A stretch of 64,000 nucleotides of DNA from Chlorokybus atmophyticus (Eukaryota > Plantae > Mesostigma and Chlorokybus algae). The notes under the pieces were generated by a model that saw only the letters and a list, made by a program, of their open reading frames with translations, had not been told where the DNA came from and made no database searches. This document shows positions 10,013-22,400 of this stretch, piece by piece. The DNA lies in contig RHPI01003009.1 in NCBI GenBank assembly GCA_009103225.1, forward strand, positions 272,091-336,090, read 5' to 3'. The position numbers and the translations under genes were made by a program. Positions within the stretch are counted from its first letter, which is position 1. Each line of letters begins with the position of its first letter.

Positions 10013-12585
10013 GGGGGGGGGCATAGGGTCTGCTGGACCTCCTTCCCTGTGAGCCCTGTGAAGCGTGTGATGCACTCCTCGTGCAAATACTTGGCACACC
10101 CAGCTGCGCCGCACCTCGGGTGCATGCTGTCAAAGTCCACAGGGATATCACAGTCAGGATTAGCCTTGCATAAGCTGTAAGCGGCTCCCTGAAGCCGCAT
10201 CTAACTCCTTCTTCTCCTCACTTTTTTTTCATAAAAGATATTAGCCTCCCTGGGGTTGTTGGCTGTCAGGTCCACGTTGCGGCTGATGATGGGCTTTGCT
10301 TCATAAGGCGAGGGCTCGCCTTCATCGCCGCTCAGATAGTTGAGGTCCAAGAACATGATCATCAACTGCGCCAGCCGCCGCCGCAAAGTCTCTTCAGCTT
10401 GCTTGGCCTCTGCAGCAGCATCATCGTCCTTCTCTGCATCTGAATTTTCCTTGTTGTTGCTGTCTCCTTCATCCTTGTGCTCATCAGCAAGAGGCTCTAC
10501 AGCAGCTTCAGCGCCCAATTCCATGACTACCGCGTCAGCTGGGGGATCCGCCTTCTGCAGCTCGTCGTGCAGCTCCTGCCACTTCTGATCGTCTGCCATT
10601 TCTTCCAGCGCCTCTGCGTAGCCATTCATTGCAAACACATATGCGGGTTATGATACCTCATGTAGCTGATCCTCAGCAATGCTCACACATGTTACAACAC
10701 AAGGCGCTTACTTGTCACAATATTAGCCACTGACTTAGACACCCACTGCTTCACTTTGTTGAACTCATCGTCACCCCCGGCTTCTTGCGCAGCGTCGTCT
10801 TTGATCAGCCACTGGCCCAGCATTGCAAGGTGCCAAGCAGAGTTGTAAATCTTGTGAACATCTCACGCAAAATCTCCTTGGCAATGGCCGCATGCGTCTT
10901 GACTTGCGGAAGCGGCACAAGCGTTGCTACGGGATCTCCAGTAAGTGCTCTGTACTTGACATCCAGTACGTACTTGTGCTTTCCCTGCATGGCAAAGATA
11001 CAGCAAAGTGGTCAGCAAGGCATATAAGATATAAGAGGTTCATTAACTCAAAGAGGATTATCACTTACCAGCTCTTCGTAGGCTTTGCTCGTTTTACCAA
11101 AGTTTACACATTCAAAGCGTGGATGCTGGTGGGATGAGGGTCAACAAGGAATCCGCTGTACCCTCGCTTCAAGGCATGTGTCCCAAAGCCACCAGCACCA
11201 CAATTAAGGTTCAAGAAAAACATCTCCCTGATGTCCTCGAGGTAAGGCAAAACATCTAGAGCAAGCCTTCGGGAGAAACGCTGAGCTTCGTTGTCCATAT
11301 TTGCCAAACCTTGCCATATGAGCAGTGCAGTAACTCTGCATTATGTCATTGAGCAAAGCATTTCTGCAGTCAGCTCCTGCTCTGGCATCGAGCAAAATCT
11401 CTAGCGGATCCCGACCCTTCTCAGCCTTGATCAGCTCTATCCTGGCATCAACCCTGCTTTTGAAATTTGAATGAGGGGCAAGGTGTTCTTTCAATTGCGG
11501 AATAGTGGGTTGATTGTCGTGATAGCTGGGGAGACTGAACTTGCATGGCAAAGCATTGATATGCCGGCTATCGGCGTCGCTTATTCGGGTCCACACATTT
11601 TGATAGAATCGCTCAAGGTTTGCATGGTGCAAAACAACATCATTGTCTTGAAGCAGGCTACTACCACCATGATCGCTGCTGGCCCGAGATGTAAAGTACG
11701 TGGGAAAAGCCAATTCTGCAGAAGACAACACAGTTGCCTCAATTGCTACATTGGGTTAATGGACCTTGCATATCTTGGAACACAACAAGTCACTGCTGCT
11801 AGCGCGGTGGTAAGTCGATGTCTCCACAGCAATGTCATCCTGCCTGAGAATCTGCACCACGCTGCTAAGATGGTCGTCATCCACGAGGACCACCATAATT
11901 GAGGAAGGCAACGACTTGTTGTAGTTGACAAGGATATCTTTCAAATCCTTAAAGCACTCGTCGGTGTGTCAACATCCTCAATGCTGCGATGCTTGACAAA
12001 CAATAACCACAAACACAGTGTCGAATAAAGGCAGGGGTTCCTCCGACTTGGAGAAGTCCTTCAGGAATTGCTGAGCAGTGTCCATTCAAGAGACGATACG
12101 TTGCCTGACCACTGGCAGGCGCTTTCTCTTCCAATTTTAAAGCTTGCGTCTACATGCAGTACAGCACAGTCAGTGGCATAAATGCGCAGTCAATAAAGCC
12201 ATTGTAACCTGGACATTACTTACTGCGGAATTTAAAGCGCCTTTGATCTTGGCGGTTGTAGACCAGCTGGGAGCCCGTGAGTTCAACAAAGAAGTTCTTT
12301 AAAATCATCTTGGATGGCGATGGGAAGATCCAAAACTTCACTTTGTTTAACATCTGTGGGCTGGGCTTTCCCTTTCACCTTACCCGCCCTTTTGGGCTTT
12401 TTTTCAGCATCTTCCTCGAATTGTTCGTTTGTAACTTAGGCCTCGCTGCTATTAGCTCCCTCGCAAACAGGTCATGCATCTGAGCTCCGGAGAAAAGCAA
12501 ATGCAACTTGGCAAAGAAGCTCAATGTACTTTTCGCAATGACAATTTCAATTGCTGTAAGCAAAACCATTGCATTAAGACGAATG

Positions 12586-12750
12586 GCAGGCAGCTAAGAG
12601 AGGTTCAAGATCTTCGACCTTTCTTCTGAAGATCAGAGTGTTAAAGGTTAAAGATCTTGGAATTCTGCAAGCAGGTAACTAAGGAATGTCTAAGATCTTT
12701 GGACATCTACAAGCTGAGTGTGAAAAGAGATCCAAGATCTTAGACCTCTG
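12586..12750 (+). repeat. Degenerate copies of a ~40-bp repeat (GCAGGCAGCTAAG..AGGT.CAAGATCTT)
   Basis: Same unit as the array at 15229-15510, with recurring AAGATCTT cores. Confidence 0.6.
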
Positions 12751-15228
12751 AGATGACACAACATAAAAAGCAAGGTTACAAGTGCCAACCATGTTAAACG
12801 TACCCGAGCTTGCCAAAGTCTTCATTTCAAGCCTTGGCAGCGATGAACTCATGAAATTTGCCTCCTTTGTGTACGCCCACATGTGTACGTTATAGACAGT
12901 GACAAACTCTTTCTTTCTGGGAAAGGACAGCCGGCCGGAGTCCGAATGGTTAGCAACGCTCATGATTAATGGGGGCTCAAGTTTGGTAAAGTTGTCCAGC
13001 AGATTCAAAAAAATGCCCTGCGCTATGTTTGGCTTTTCATTTGTTATAGACAAGTCTTCTTTGCTGTGCAACACACGAAAAAAGCGCTGATACTCTTGAT
13101 CTGAGATGCCGAAATCCCTCGCAATCCCGCAATAGCGGTGTAGTTAACGGAGCTGTAGAAAGCTGACTTTGTCAATGTGCACTATATACAGTTACATATC
13201 AACATTTGTACGTGATATGGACGCGCGTGGGGGACTTTAGCCACCTCATCATTCATTGGAAGCGTTAAGGATTCTCACAAAATGACCATCCATTCCCTTG
13301 CGCAGTTAAGCTAGGCTTCAGCCCCCCCTATCATGCGGGGCTGCCTAATGGTCAGCCTAAACGGTTGACCATGATGCTTTCAGATGTCACGCATGGCGTG
13401 TATGGACCCCAATGGCGTGGACTTTGACGCAGCTCATCCTGCAAGTTGTGCAGCCTACTTTGGTTGAGGATTTAAAGTTCATCGATGTCTGTCACAATCT
13501 GTGACATATCGAGTTGTTGGCTTATTACTATAGGTACCATAACTTGACGTTAAAGCAGTCTACGACGATTTTTTAAGACTCCCATTTGGGATCATCTGGA
13601 TATTATGATGCATGTGCTGCAATATTGTTAGCAAGTGGTTCCCGCACAGAATTTCAAATTGCCATCTTTTGCTCGATGAGTCCTGCAAAAATCCGTTTGC
13701 TGGTACTGGACGCCATTCTGTGGGTTCAGTCTTCTCGAGCACTAGTCCAATTCACCACTTGTAGTTTGGCAGGTCAGCATCAAGTTCGCCCTCCACAAGC
13801 TTCAACCTGGCCTCAATATCTAGTCTCGTGGAATGGCCTGGGCGAGCGAGCATCATCCGATTAATGGGAACATCAAACAAGGTGTTTCCTTCAGAGGTTT
13901 AAACCGAACGGGGCAGTCGCAACCGATCCAATAGGCCTGTGACATAAGACAAGCAAGCGGTTAATATGTGCATGAAAGCAACGCACTTGATGATTGTGCC
14001 TTGAGTTAGTGCACCTTAAAACTACAAGAAGGCCAAACCCCAATGTAATAGCTTACTTTAGTACTGGTGTAATGACGGGTGCGTACCTTGCAAGTTGGTC
14101 ACTATCGGATTCGGCTGAAACCTCTGTTCTGGGCGTGGAAGGCTTGGTTGCCTTGTTTTTGCTGAGTGACGCGCTATTCTCAGACAGGTTTACAAAGCAC
14201 AACAAGAGTATCAAATTTGCTAAGTCCTTAGCATTGGTTTGGTGTGCTATAAGCTACCTCGCAGCCAATCGAGAGAAGAACTCTTCCTTCAAGTCATCTC
14301 TCGGGTCCACAAGATACTTCAGCACCCTTCGATTGACACTTGCAAGACCCATTTGATTGAACTCTTCCGCTGCCTCAGTTTCTTCCTACTTGCAATAGAA
14401 ACCCTTCACATTAGACAGGGTCAAAAGTTCGGCTTATAGTACAATGACGTCGTTGTCGTCGTTGATATTGCTGTAGGGCACCCCGAGATAGTAGATGGAT
14501 TTTCCATGTAAGTACCACGCTCCAAGTAGGGCGTAGGTAGATGTTTTGCCCTGTACATGATAAGGTTAGCAAGACCTTAGAACTCCAGTCACGCAAAATC
14601 TTGAAACTCAAGTACCCCACGCTTATAAACAAACCGCTTACGCTTCATCTGAAGACGGAAATTTTCCTGACCCATGTACCGCAACTACCAAGGAAGTTGG
14701 CGCTCAGCCTACCTCATTGTCTTTAAAATTGCAACACTTGACACCAGGACGACTTTGACTAGATTTTGTTTCTTAGCCCATGGCAATTGCAGATCTCTAT
14801 TCGTCAACACAAGCTGGTCACTGACTTGTATACATCACACACAGTTTATTTTCGAGACACCTGCTACACACTTTTCGTTACTCACATGAGTAGGTAATGG
14901 GTTTATTTGCATCACTGCTGACGTGTGAATCTTCTTTGTGGTGCTCTTTGCTATCGCTAGGCTGATTATCACTGCTTTCTGCTTGCTTCTTGTTCTGCTT
15001 GTCATCATTAAAAGAGATCTCAACCAACTTTATTAGCTTTTTAAGAATTTGGGTGTCTCAAGCGAAGGAGTCTTGTCTTGCTTCCTTTCCAATGGCATTT
15101 TGTCTTCGCTGCATGCCTGCAAGCTTTCGTTACAATCCCAAAACAGGGCGAACATTTGCTAGGAATTGTCTGCAGTTCACAAAACAGTAAGTTCATACCT
15201 GTGAAGCAATTGCATCTTACTTGAGAAC

Positions 15229-15510
15229 TCCAAGAGCAGGCAGGTAAGGGATGTTGAAGATCTTAAACCTCAAAGAGCAGGCAGCCAAGGAAGATATAAG
15301 AACCTCTCTTGACTCGGAGGAAAGGGAGGTCCAAAATCTTAAACCTCCAAGAACAGGCAGCTAAGGGAGGTTTGAGATTTTAAACCTCTAAGAGCAGGCA
15401 GCTAAGGGAGGTCCAAGATCTTGGAGCTCTATTAACTGTGAGTTAAGGGAGGGTTCAAGATCTTAAACCTCCAAGAACAAGCATTTAAGAGAAGTCCAAG
15501 ATCTTGGAAC
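15229..15510 (+). repeat. Minisatellite, ~40-bp unit AAGAGCAGGCAGCTAAGGGAGGTCCAAGATCTTAAACCTCC, about 6-7 degenerate copies
   Basis: Direct inspection of the recurring units. Confidence 0.8.
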
Positions 15511-15780
15511 TGTAAGATCGCAGCAGCAGGACAAGGAGCAGCAGGAGGCGTACTGAAATGGTGGGGGCAAACGTGAATGCTTCGATCTGTGTGGAGTAGT
15601 GTCCTCTTATGCTTTCTCCCCCTCTCAAGTGTCCTTGTTTCACTGCATAACAAATTATACTATTCCATTGTCTTCAACGACAACAGCAGTCAACGACAAG
15701 ATGTTGCTGGTGGCTGTATCAACAGTAAGGTACAGCTATCAGCAATGTACAACAACCACCAAGGTATAGCAATCACAAAT

Positions 15781-16130
15781 AGTAACTAGCAGCAACTTCA
15801 ACACAGCAATTCCCTAACAGCACAGCACACAGCAACTTCTGTGCGCAGCAATCGACTACAATTACTAACCAAGTTATTGCGCGCAAAATCGCACAACAGC
15901 AACGAGTTGATTGCTGCGCACAGAAGTTGCTGTGCGCAGCAATCAACTACAATTAGTGACTAGCAGCAACTTAAACACAGCAATTCAGTGACAGCGCACG
16001 AACTGTAATTTAGCAACCAATCGATTGCTGTGCACACAAGTTGCTATGCGCAGCATTCAACTACACAGGAACGTAGTGCTGCTGCTATAGCACTAACAGT
16101 TAGCAACGGCAGCCTCGGCGACAGCAGCAG
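15781..16130 (+). repeat. Two-unit ~175-bp tandem repeat containing an 18-bp perfect inverted repeat
   Basis: AGT(A/G)ACTAGCAGCAACTT.AACACAGCAATTC occurs at 15781 and ~15956. A hairpin GTTGATTGCTGCGCACAG-aagttg-CTGTGCGCAGCAATCAAC spans 15906-15947. Confidence 0.75.
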
Positions 16131-18649
16131 CAGCATTCAGAAGCAAGCATTGCAATAACAAACACTATCCCAAAACACAATACAAGCCTAGGCGGCTTGC
16201 GCTTTGACACCCCCCCCCCCCCCCCCCCCCCCCCCCCNNNNNNNNNNNNNNNNNNNNNNNNNNNNNNNNNNNNNNNNNNNNNNNNNNNNNNNNNNNNNNN
16301 NNNNNNNNNNNNNNNNNNNNNNNNNNNNNNNNNNNNNNNNNNNNNNNNNNNNNNNNNNNNNNNNNNNNNNNNNNNNNNNNNNNNNNNNNNNNNNNNNNNN
16401 NNNNNNNNNNNNNNNNNNNNNNNNNNNNNNNNNNNNNNNNNNNNNNNNNNNNNNNNNNNNNNNNNNNNNNNNNNNNNNNNNNNNNNNNNNNNNNNNNNNN
16501 NNNNNNNNNNNNNNNNNNNNNNNNNNNNNNNNNNNNNNNNNNCCCCCCCCCCCCCCCCCCCCCCTCTTGCTGCTAAACGCCCACGCCCTGCACCGGCCCC
16601 TGCCGCTCATGCCCATGCCGCTTCAATCAACCCTGTCCCCATGCACGGAGGCGCCGCTTCTTAAACTCCTACACCCCTTGAAGCCCCAACACCGCCTCCG
16701 CCCCTGCCAACGCCAACGCCAGCGCGCCCCTGAACATTAGTTTTTTTTGGCTATGGCTGCCGAGGCCAGACCCTAAGTGGCTGGGCGCTACCTCCCATAC
16801 CGTGAGAGCTACTCCATCAGAGTAGCTCTCGCGGTATGAGAGCAACCATATCTCGCAAAGCACAAATCAATCACCCATATTAATTAAAAACATAATGTTA
16901 AAAACATATACATGATTGCCGATAAGTTGGTCACCATAGGTTTACGGTCTCATCTGATGGTGCATAAATTACCAAACTACCAAGCCTTTGCGCAAGGCAG
17001 TATATAGGGTCGTCATATGTGTAGTGTACAATACCGCCATTTTGCTGCAATTAATGTTCATTCCTATACTCTTGGTGTTGAAATATTGTTCCAAATTACA
17101 ACCAACTACTACCTTTATATAATTTCATAAAATTACACACCGTGCTGTAGACTCTTGCACAATAAAATCTTGCATCTTACATGTATACTTATTATCGAGC
17201 CGTATGCGTACAGTATTGCGACACAATATGACGACTCGTTATCGGACAAGCTTTCGCGCATATATTCGCATGGTACGCATACAAGTGGAAATGGTAATCA
17301 AACTTAGTATTTCCTTACGCATGAAGTATGCATCAAAGCATCAAAACTCAACCATTGAGCTATAATGCTTATGATGATAAGAGTATATACAACAGTCAAA
17401 TCCATAACATACCATTTTCTTGGCATGCAAGTTAATACGTTATGATAGTCGCAACCACTACATACTGCTGCAAGTTGGCCATGGGTGCATACTCATGCAT
17501 GCAATCATGAGCACTCCTCATTGTACACTTTCATCGATATCGCTATTTAAAAGAAATGATATTGTGAGCCATACGATGCCTTTTTGCACATGTGTTTGCA
17601 TGATGTGATGCAAAGGTACCATCTGTAATGCAAATGGAAGACCACCAATAATGCTCATCATTTTCATAAAGTTTACTCTATAATTACAAGTTATACTTAA
17701 TAAGATGTAAACGTATAAACACTGCAATGAACGCTATCTGCTGAGCTTGTAAATTGAAAGATTAACATATATGTACGCAATTCATGTCCATGTTGAATTC
17801 AATATCTGTCTTATTGCATTGGAGTAAAGGTGCAAAGGTTGATAAAGTGCCAACGTTATTAAAATTACGACACGTCTTCGCGTAGTACTATGCGCTTCAA
17901 GTCACATTTGCATAATAAGTTCACATAATCGTGGATATGGAGTTATATATAGATGCCTCGATTGACATCACTTCGGCCAAGTTACCTGCAATAAGCAACG
18001 GTGCAAACATTGTCAATGCAATGCATTTAAGTGTCCCTCGCCGATCTTGTGCGCTCAACATAAAAATGAGTAATTTGTAGCAGCTAACATCGCGTCGTAG
18101 CAAGTGGCTAGCAAACCCAATCGCAAACCTCAATCCATATGCTATGTTTAGTGCCGCAGTGCAGCTGGTCGATGGCGGTGGCGGTGGTTTGGTTTTTATT
18201 GGCAGCGGTGGTTGTGTTTCAGCCAACCACTAGCGCTTTTCAATAGTTGGCAATGTTTAGAGTATAGCTGAAGCTTGCAATTGGTAAGTTGTAAGTTAAA
18301 ACATTAGGTGCGGTAGGTGGTAAATGAGTTCTGGCTTGGGGGTGGGTGGGGGTGGGGGTGGGTGGCGGGGTATGGGCGGGGGTGTGAGGGGCACAGCTGG
18401 CGGCGTGAGCGAGCCAAGTCCGTTAAAGCTTCATGCTTTGTAAACCAGGACGTTTTTGTATGTTCGTTTTGTCAGCCTTAGCGTTTCATACTGCTAAAGA
18501 CATGAAGTCATGCAGTGAGGGTTGGGCTGTCCCAGCGCTCCTGCAGGAGGGTTCAACCGGCGGGATTGCAAATGGCGCCACCTAGCAGGTAACAACATTC
18601 GTGCATTACAATCTCGTAGGTGTTTAAGAACAGTTGCAAATTGATATTG

Positions 18650-19420
18650 CTGTAATGCAATCAATTCACATGCTGATTACTGTAGCAGTAGGATTGCATG
18701 CTTGCAGTTTGTACCCAAAAGTCGCAACACAGAATTGCATGCACATAGTGCAGCAAGTCAAGACATTATGCGACGGTGCTCGTGCCTTGCCACCTGTGAG
18801 TTGGTCTAATCAACAACCCTCTCACCAAGGCACAGTATTCACACCGGAACCTTGCCCCCTCTGCCAAGCACACACGTGCGCCCCGCCACTCGCGTACGCA
18901 TCGCATGCGCTCGAAGCTACACACCGACTTGTGTAGCGCCTTGGATCGTCACACAAGTAAGCACACACCAATGGACACTCGCTAGCAACCCTTGCTAACC
19001 ACCACCAAGCTTGCACACAAGAAACTAGGGAGCTAAAGGTTGTATTGCAAATTGTAGAATGTCACTTTTATACCTACCAGTCTGCACATGCTACTGTCTA
19101 GACGATTCTAGCGCTAGACGAAATTAGAAGCTCAGATATTCTTGCAGAATCTTGTAGTACACTTCTAGACCTTTCCGACACACCAAAGATCTCCTCATTT
19201 GCTGCTCATATGGTCAAGTTATACTACCTGGCGCCAGGCCCTTCCAAAAATCTGGTTGAGCCCTCCGTTTTCTGGCGTCTTCCAGACTGGCCCTGGGCCG
19301 GGCGAAATCTGCGGCAGACTCGCAACTCGCCGACATCCGCCACAAGTCATGAAAAACATGATACAAAAATAAGGCCTAACATGGCCATGAAAATCACGAA
19401 ATTTGGCCTTGACTGTTACA
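18650..19420 (-). mobile_element. 3' LTR of the Ty3/gypsy element (left boundary uncertain)
   Basis: The minus strand begins TGTAACAGTC at 19420, directly after a polypurine tract (AGGGGGGGAGGAG, 19421-19433). The other end is guessed from TGTAAT at ~18650. There is no second LTR to compare with. Confidence 0.5.
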
Positions 19421-22400
19421 CTCCTCCCCCCCTAGGTGAGCTTCGTCCTCGAAGCTCGCGAGGTTGTCGTCGAGCAAGATAGTCACGCACAACGTCTTGA
19501 GCACTAGCCAGGTGTGCCTCTGGCTCCCAGGTTACTTCATGCAATGGATAGCCCTTCCATTGCACTAAGAACTTGCGCACGCCATGCACAAACTTCTCGC
19601 CAAGGATGTCTTCTACCTCCCATTCTGGTTCATCATCCGTGCCAACTTCGGGGGGCGGCCTTTCTGGCGGTTGTCCTCGATATGCCTTCAGAAGGGAGAC
19701 GTGAAAAACGGGGCACACGCATGGTGTCGGGTAACTCCAGCTTGTACGCCACGTCCGAAAAATCTTTGCTGACCTTGAATGGTCCCAACCAGCGTTCATT
19801 CAGCTTGCGAACTCCCGTACGCACCTGTACAACCTTCGCGGACAGTAACCCAATGTCGCCTTCCTGAAATGTGAGGTGTCGGCAATGCGCGTCTGCGTAC
19901 TGCTTCTGCCTGTTTTGTGCCACCAATAGCGCCTCCCTAGCTGCCTTATTAATGTCCGCGCACTTTGTGAGGAAGTCATTAGCTGCCTCTACACGCACGC
20001 CATGCCGTCATCGGTGTCAATAGATGTTGCCCATAGTTCATGAGGACGGGAGTGACACCTGTGCTTGCATTGTGGTGGTTGTTGATCGCAAACTCCACCA
20101 ACTCAAGCAGCTCCGCCCAATTGTCTTGTCGCGCGTTAACGTAGCAACGCAGCATGTCCTCGATTACACAGTTGGCCCGATCTGTTTGCCCATTAGTTTG
20201 CGGGTGGAATGCCGAGCTAAACTTCAGTGTGGTACCCAGTGCACTATGCAGCGCCTCCCAAAACTTACTTGTAAAGCGCGGGTCGCGATCACTAACAATG
20301 CTTCATGGTAATCTTTGAGAACGAAACACATGCTTCACGAACAAGCTTGCTGCCTCCGGTGCCGTGCAAGACTCATCACACAGTGCCAAGCGAACCATTT
20401 TGCTGGTTTTGTCAACGAACACAAGTATATATCGTCGTACCCTTCTTTTCTCTTTGGTAGCCCCATGATAAAGTCCATGGTAACCTGCTCCCACTTGGAC
20501 AATGGCACAGGAAGAGGTTGCAGCAACCCACCTGGCTTTTGGTTGCTTGCCTTCACCCTTTGGCATGCGTCGCACAACGCCACGTAGTCGCGCACGTCGC
20601 GATGCATCTCTCGCAAGTAAAAACGCTGCTTTAAGCTTGCAAAAGTCCTCTCCAACCCTTGGTGACCAGCAATGGGCACGTCATGAGCTTCCTTCAGCAA
20701 CTTCACACTGATATGCGCAATATTGGGAATGTACAAGCGCCCGTGGTGCCATAGCAGCCCGTCGCGCATTCAGCTCTTGCAACACTTTCATACCCTCCAT
20801 GTCTTCACAAAGCTCTTGCCAAATTTGGTCGGTCCACTCGGGCTGCACTTGATCGAGTGCCTTAATTGCATTAAGCCGGCTCAGCGCGTCAGCAACACCA
20901 TTTGACGTACTGGGCTTGTATTTGATATCGAAGTCAAAAAGTTGAAAGAACTCCAGCTATCTTGCATGTTTGCGACTTAGATGAGGTTGTGTTTGTAAGT
21001 ACCTTAATGGAGAGTGATCCGTCTCAAGCACGAACTTTTTGCCTTCCAGAAAACGACGCCATTGTCGTAGCGCCATAACTTGCGCCAAAAATTCCTTCTC
21101 GTGCACGGGGTAATTCAGCTCCGCATCACTCATCTTCTTGGTAAAAAATGCTACAGGTTGAAGGCCGTTGCCATGGTCTTGCTGCAAAACAGCTCCTACG
21201 GCTGTGTCGGACGCGTCGCAAGTAAAAATAGATGTCTTTTCCAAGTTGGGGTGAGCCAGGACTGGTGCCTCCATCAGCGCCTTCTTCAACGCAGCAAACG
21301 CATGTTCCTCTGTTGCTGACCAGCTCCAAGGCTTTCCCTTCTCGAGGGCAATCAAGGGAGCAGCTATGCGCGAAAACCCCATGATAAAACTTGCGATAAT
21401 ACCCCGTAAGGCCTAAAAAGGACATTACCTCCTTTACGTTGGTCGGGGAAGCTCACTCGCGCACCACCTGCACTCTGTTGGGGTCCGGTTTGATGCCTTC
21501 ATGCGACACGATGTGGCCTAGGTACTCCACCTCTCAAAGCAAGAATTTGCACTTTTGTAGCTGGGCGTACAACTTGTGTTCGCGCAAACGCTGCAACACG
21601 CGCCGTAGAAGTGCCACGTGCTCCTCTTTTGTCTTCGCGTACACTCAAATGTCATCGAGGTACACGAGGACTCCCTTACCAATTAAGTCAGCGAAAACGC
21701 TGCTCATTAGCGTTTGAAATGTTGCCGGCACGTTCGCAAGTCCGAAGGACATAACCAACCACTTGTAGTGCCCATAACGTGTGTTAAAAGCTGTTTTCTC
21801 TACATCCTCGGGAGTGATGCGGATTTGGTGATAACCTCCAGCAAGATCAAGTGTTGTAAAATGCTGCGCACCTTGCAATTGCTCCAGCAACTCGTCGATA
21901 CGTGGGAGTGGAAAGCAATTCCTCTTCGTGATGTTGTTGAGAGCTCAGTAGTCGACGCACATGCGCAAGCTCCCGTTCTTCTTTCGTACAAATAAAATAG
22001 GTGCACCGTAAGAGGACTTACTAGGCCTGATGTAGCCTCTTTTTAACAAGTCCGCTACCTGCCTCCCGGCCTCTTCCAGCTCCAAAGGTGACAACTTGTA
22101 TACGGGTCGATACGGTGGCTTGTGCACGCCCTCAATCAGCTTCACACGGTGGTCCACGCTCCGTGGAGGTGGTAGACCAAATTGAAGTCCGTCCACCATG
22201 ATATTTTGGTATTTTTTAACAAGTTAACACACCTCGGGGTCCATCGTAGACGTCTTAACATCGTCACTCCGCTCCGGTGCTGACTTTGCAGTGTTTTCGC
22301 GCACCACGCACAACCATGCAGCCTTTGCCTTCTGTGGAGATAATAACTTCCTCAATTGCACATAAGGGATCTGATCAATTGTCGTACCACCCAATTGTGT

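Larger units (their letters stand above)
9459..15200 (-). pseudogene. Decayed multi-exon TE-like gene, possibly a Mutator-like DDE transposase with a C-terminal Cys/His (PHD-like) finger
   Basis: A chain of minus-strand coding fragments with GT-AG introns, internal stops and frameshifts. Fragments include VDASFKIG (~12130-12150), KDILVNYNKSLPSSIMVVLVDDD (~11870-11944), LLQDNDVVLHHANLERF (~11600-11660), an acidic segment (10201-10638) and CKANPDC...RCGAAGCAKYLHEECI...LCP (~10020-10175). The family assignment is by motif resemblance only. Confidence 0.4.

Noticed and set aside
9459-10200. Long ORFs containing X runs (also at 16188-16740, 32102-33035 and 63052-63876)
   Set aside because: They are artefacts of translating through N gaps. 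Only the flanking real sequence was used.
191-15200. Fanzor/TnpB or other RNA-guided nuclease cargo in the DNA transposons
   Set aside because: No RuvC-like motif order or terminal CxxC...CxxC finger of that family was recognisable by eye. A profile search would be needed to exclude a highly decayed copy.
15229-15510. CRISPR-like appearance of the ~40-bp repeats
   Set aside because: The units are contiguous and degenerate with no unique spacers. There are no cas genes and the context is eukaryotic.
16210-16564. Poly-C/poly-G tracts flanking three of the four gaps
   Set aside because: G/C homopolymers are a known cause of short-read assembly breaks. Their true length and biological meaning cannot be judged.
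18325-18395. G-rich tract able to form a G-quadruplex
   Set aside because: It is low-complexity sequence with no supporting context linking it to a function or element end.
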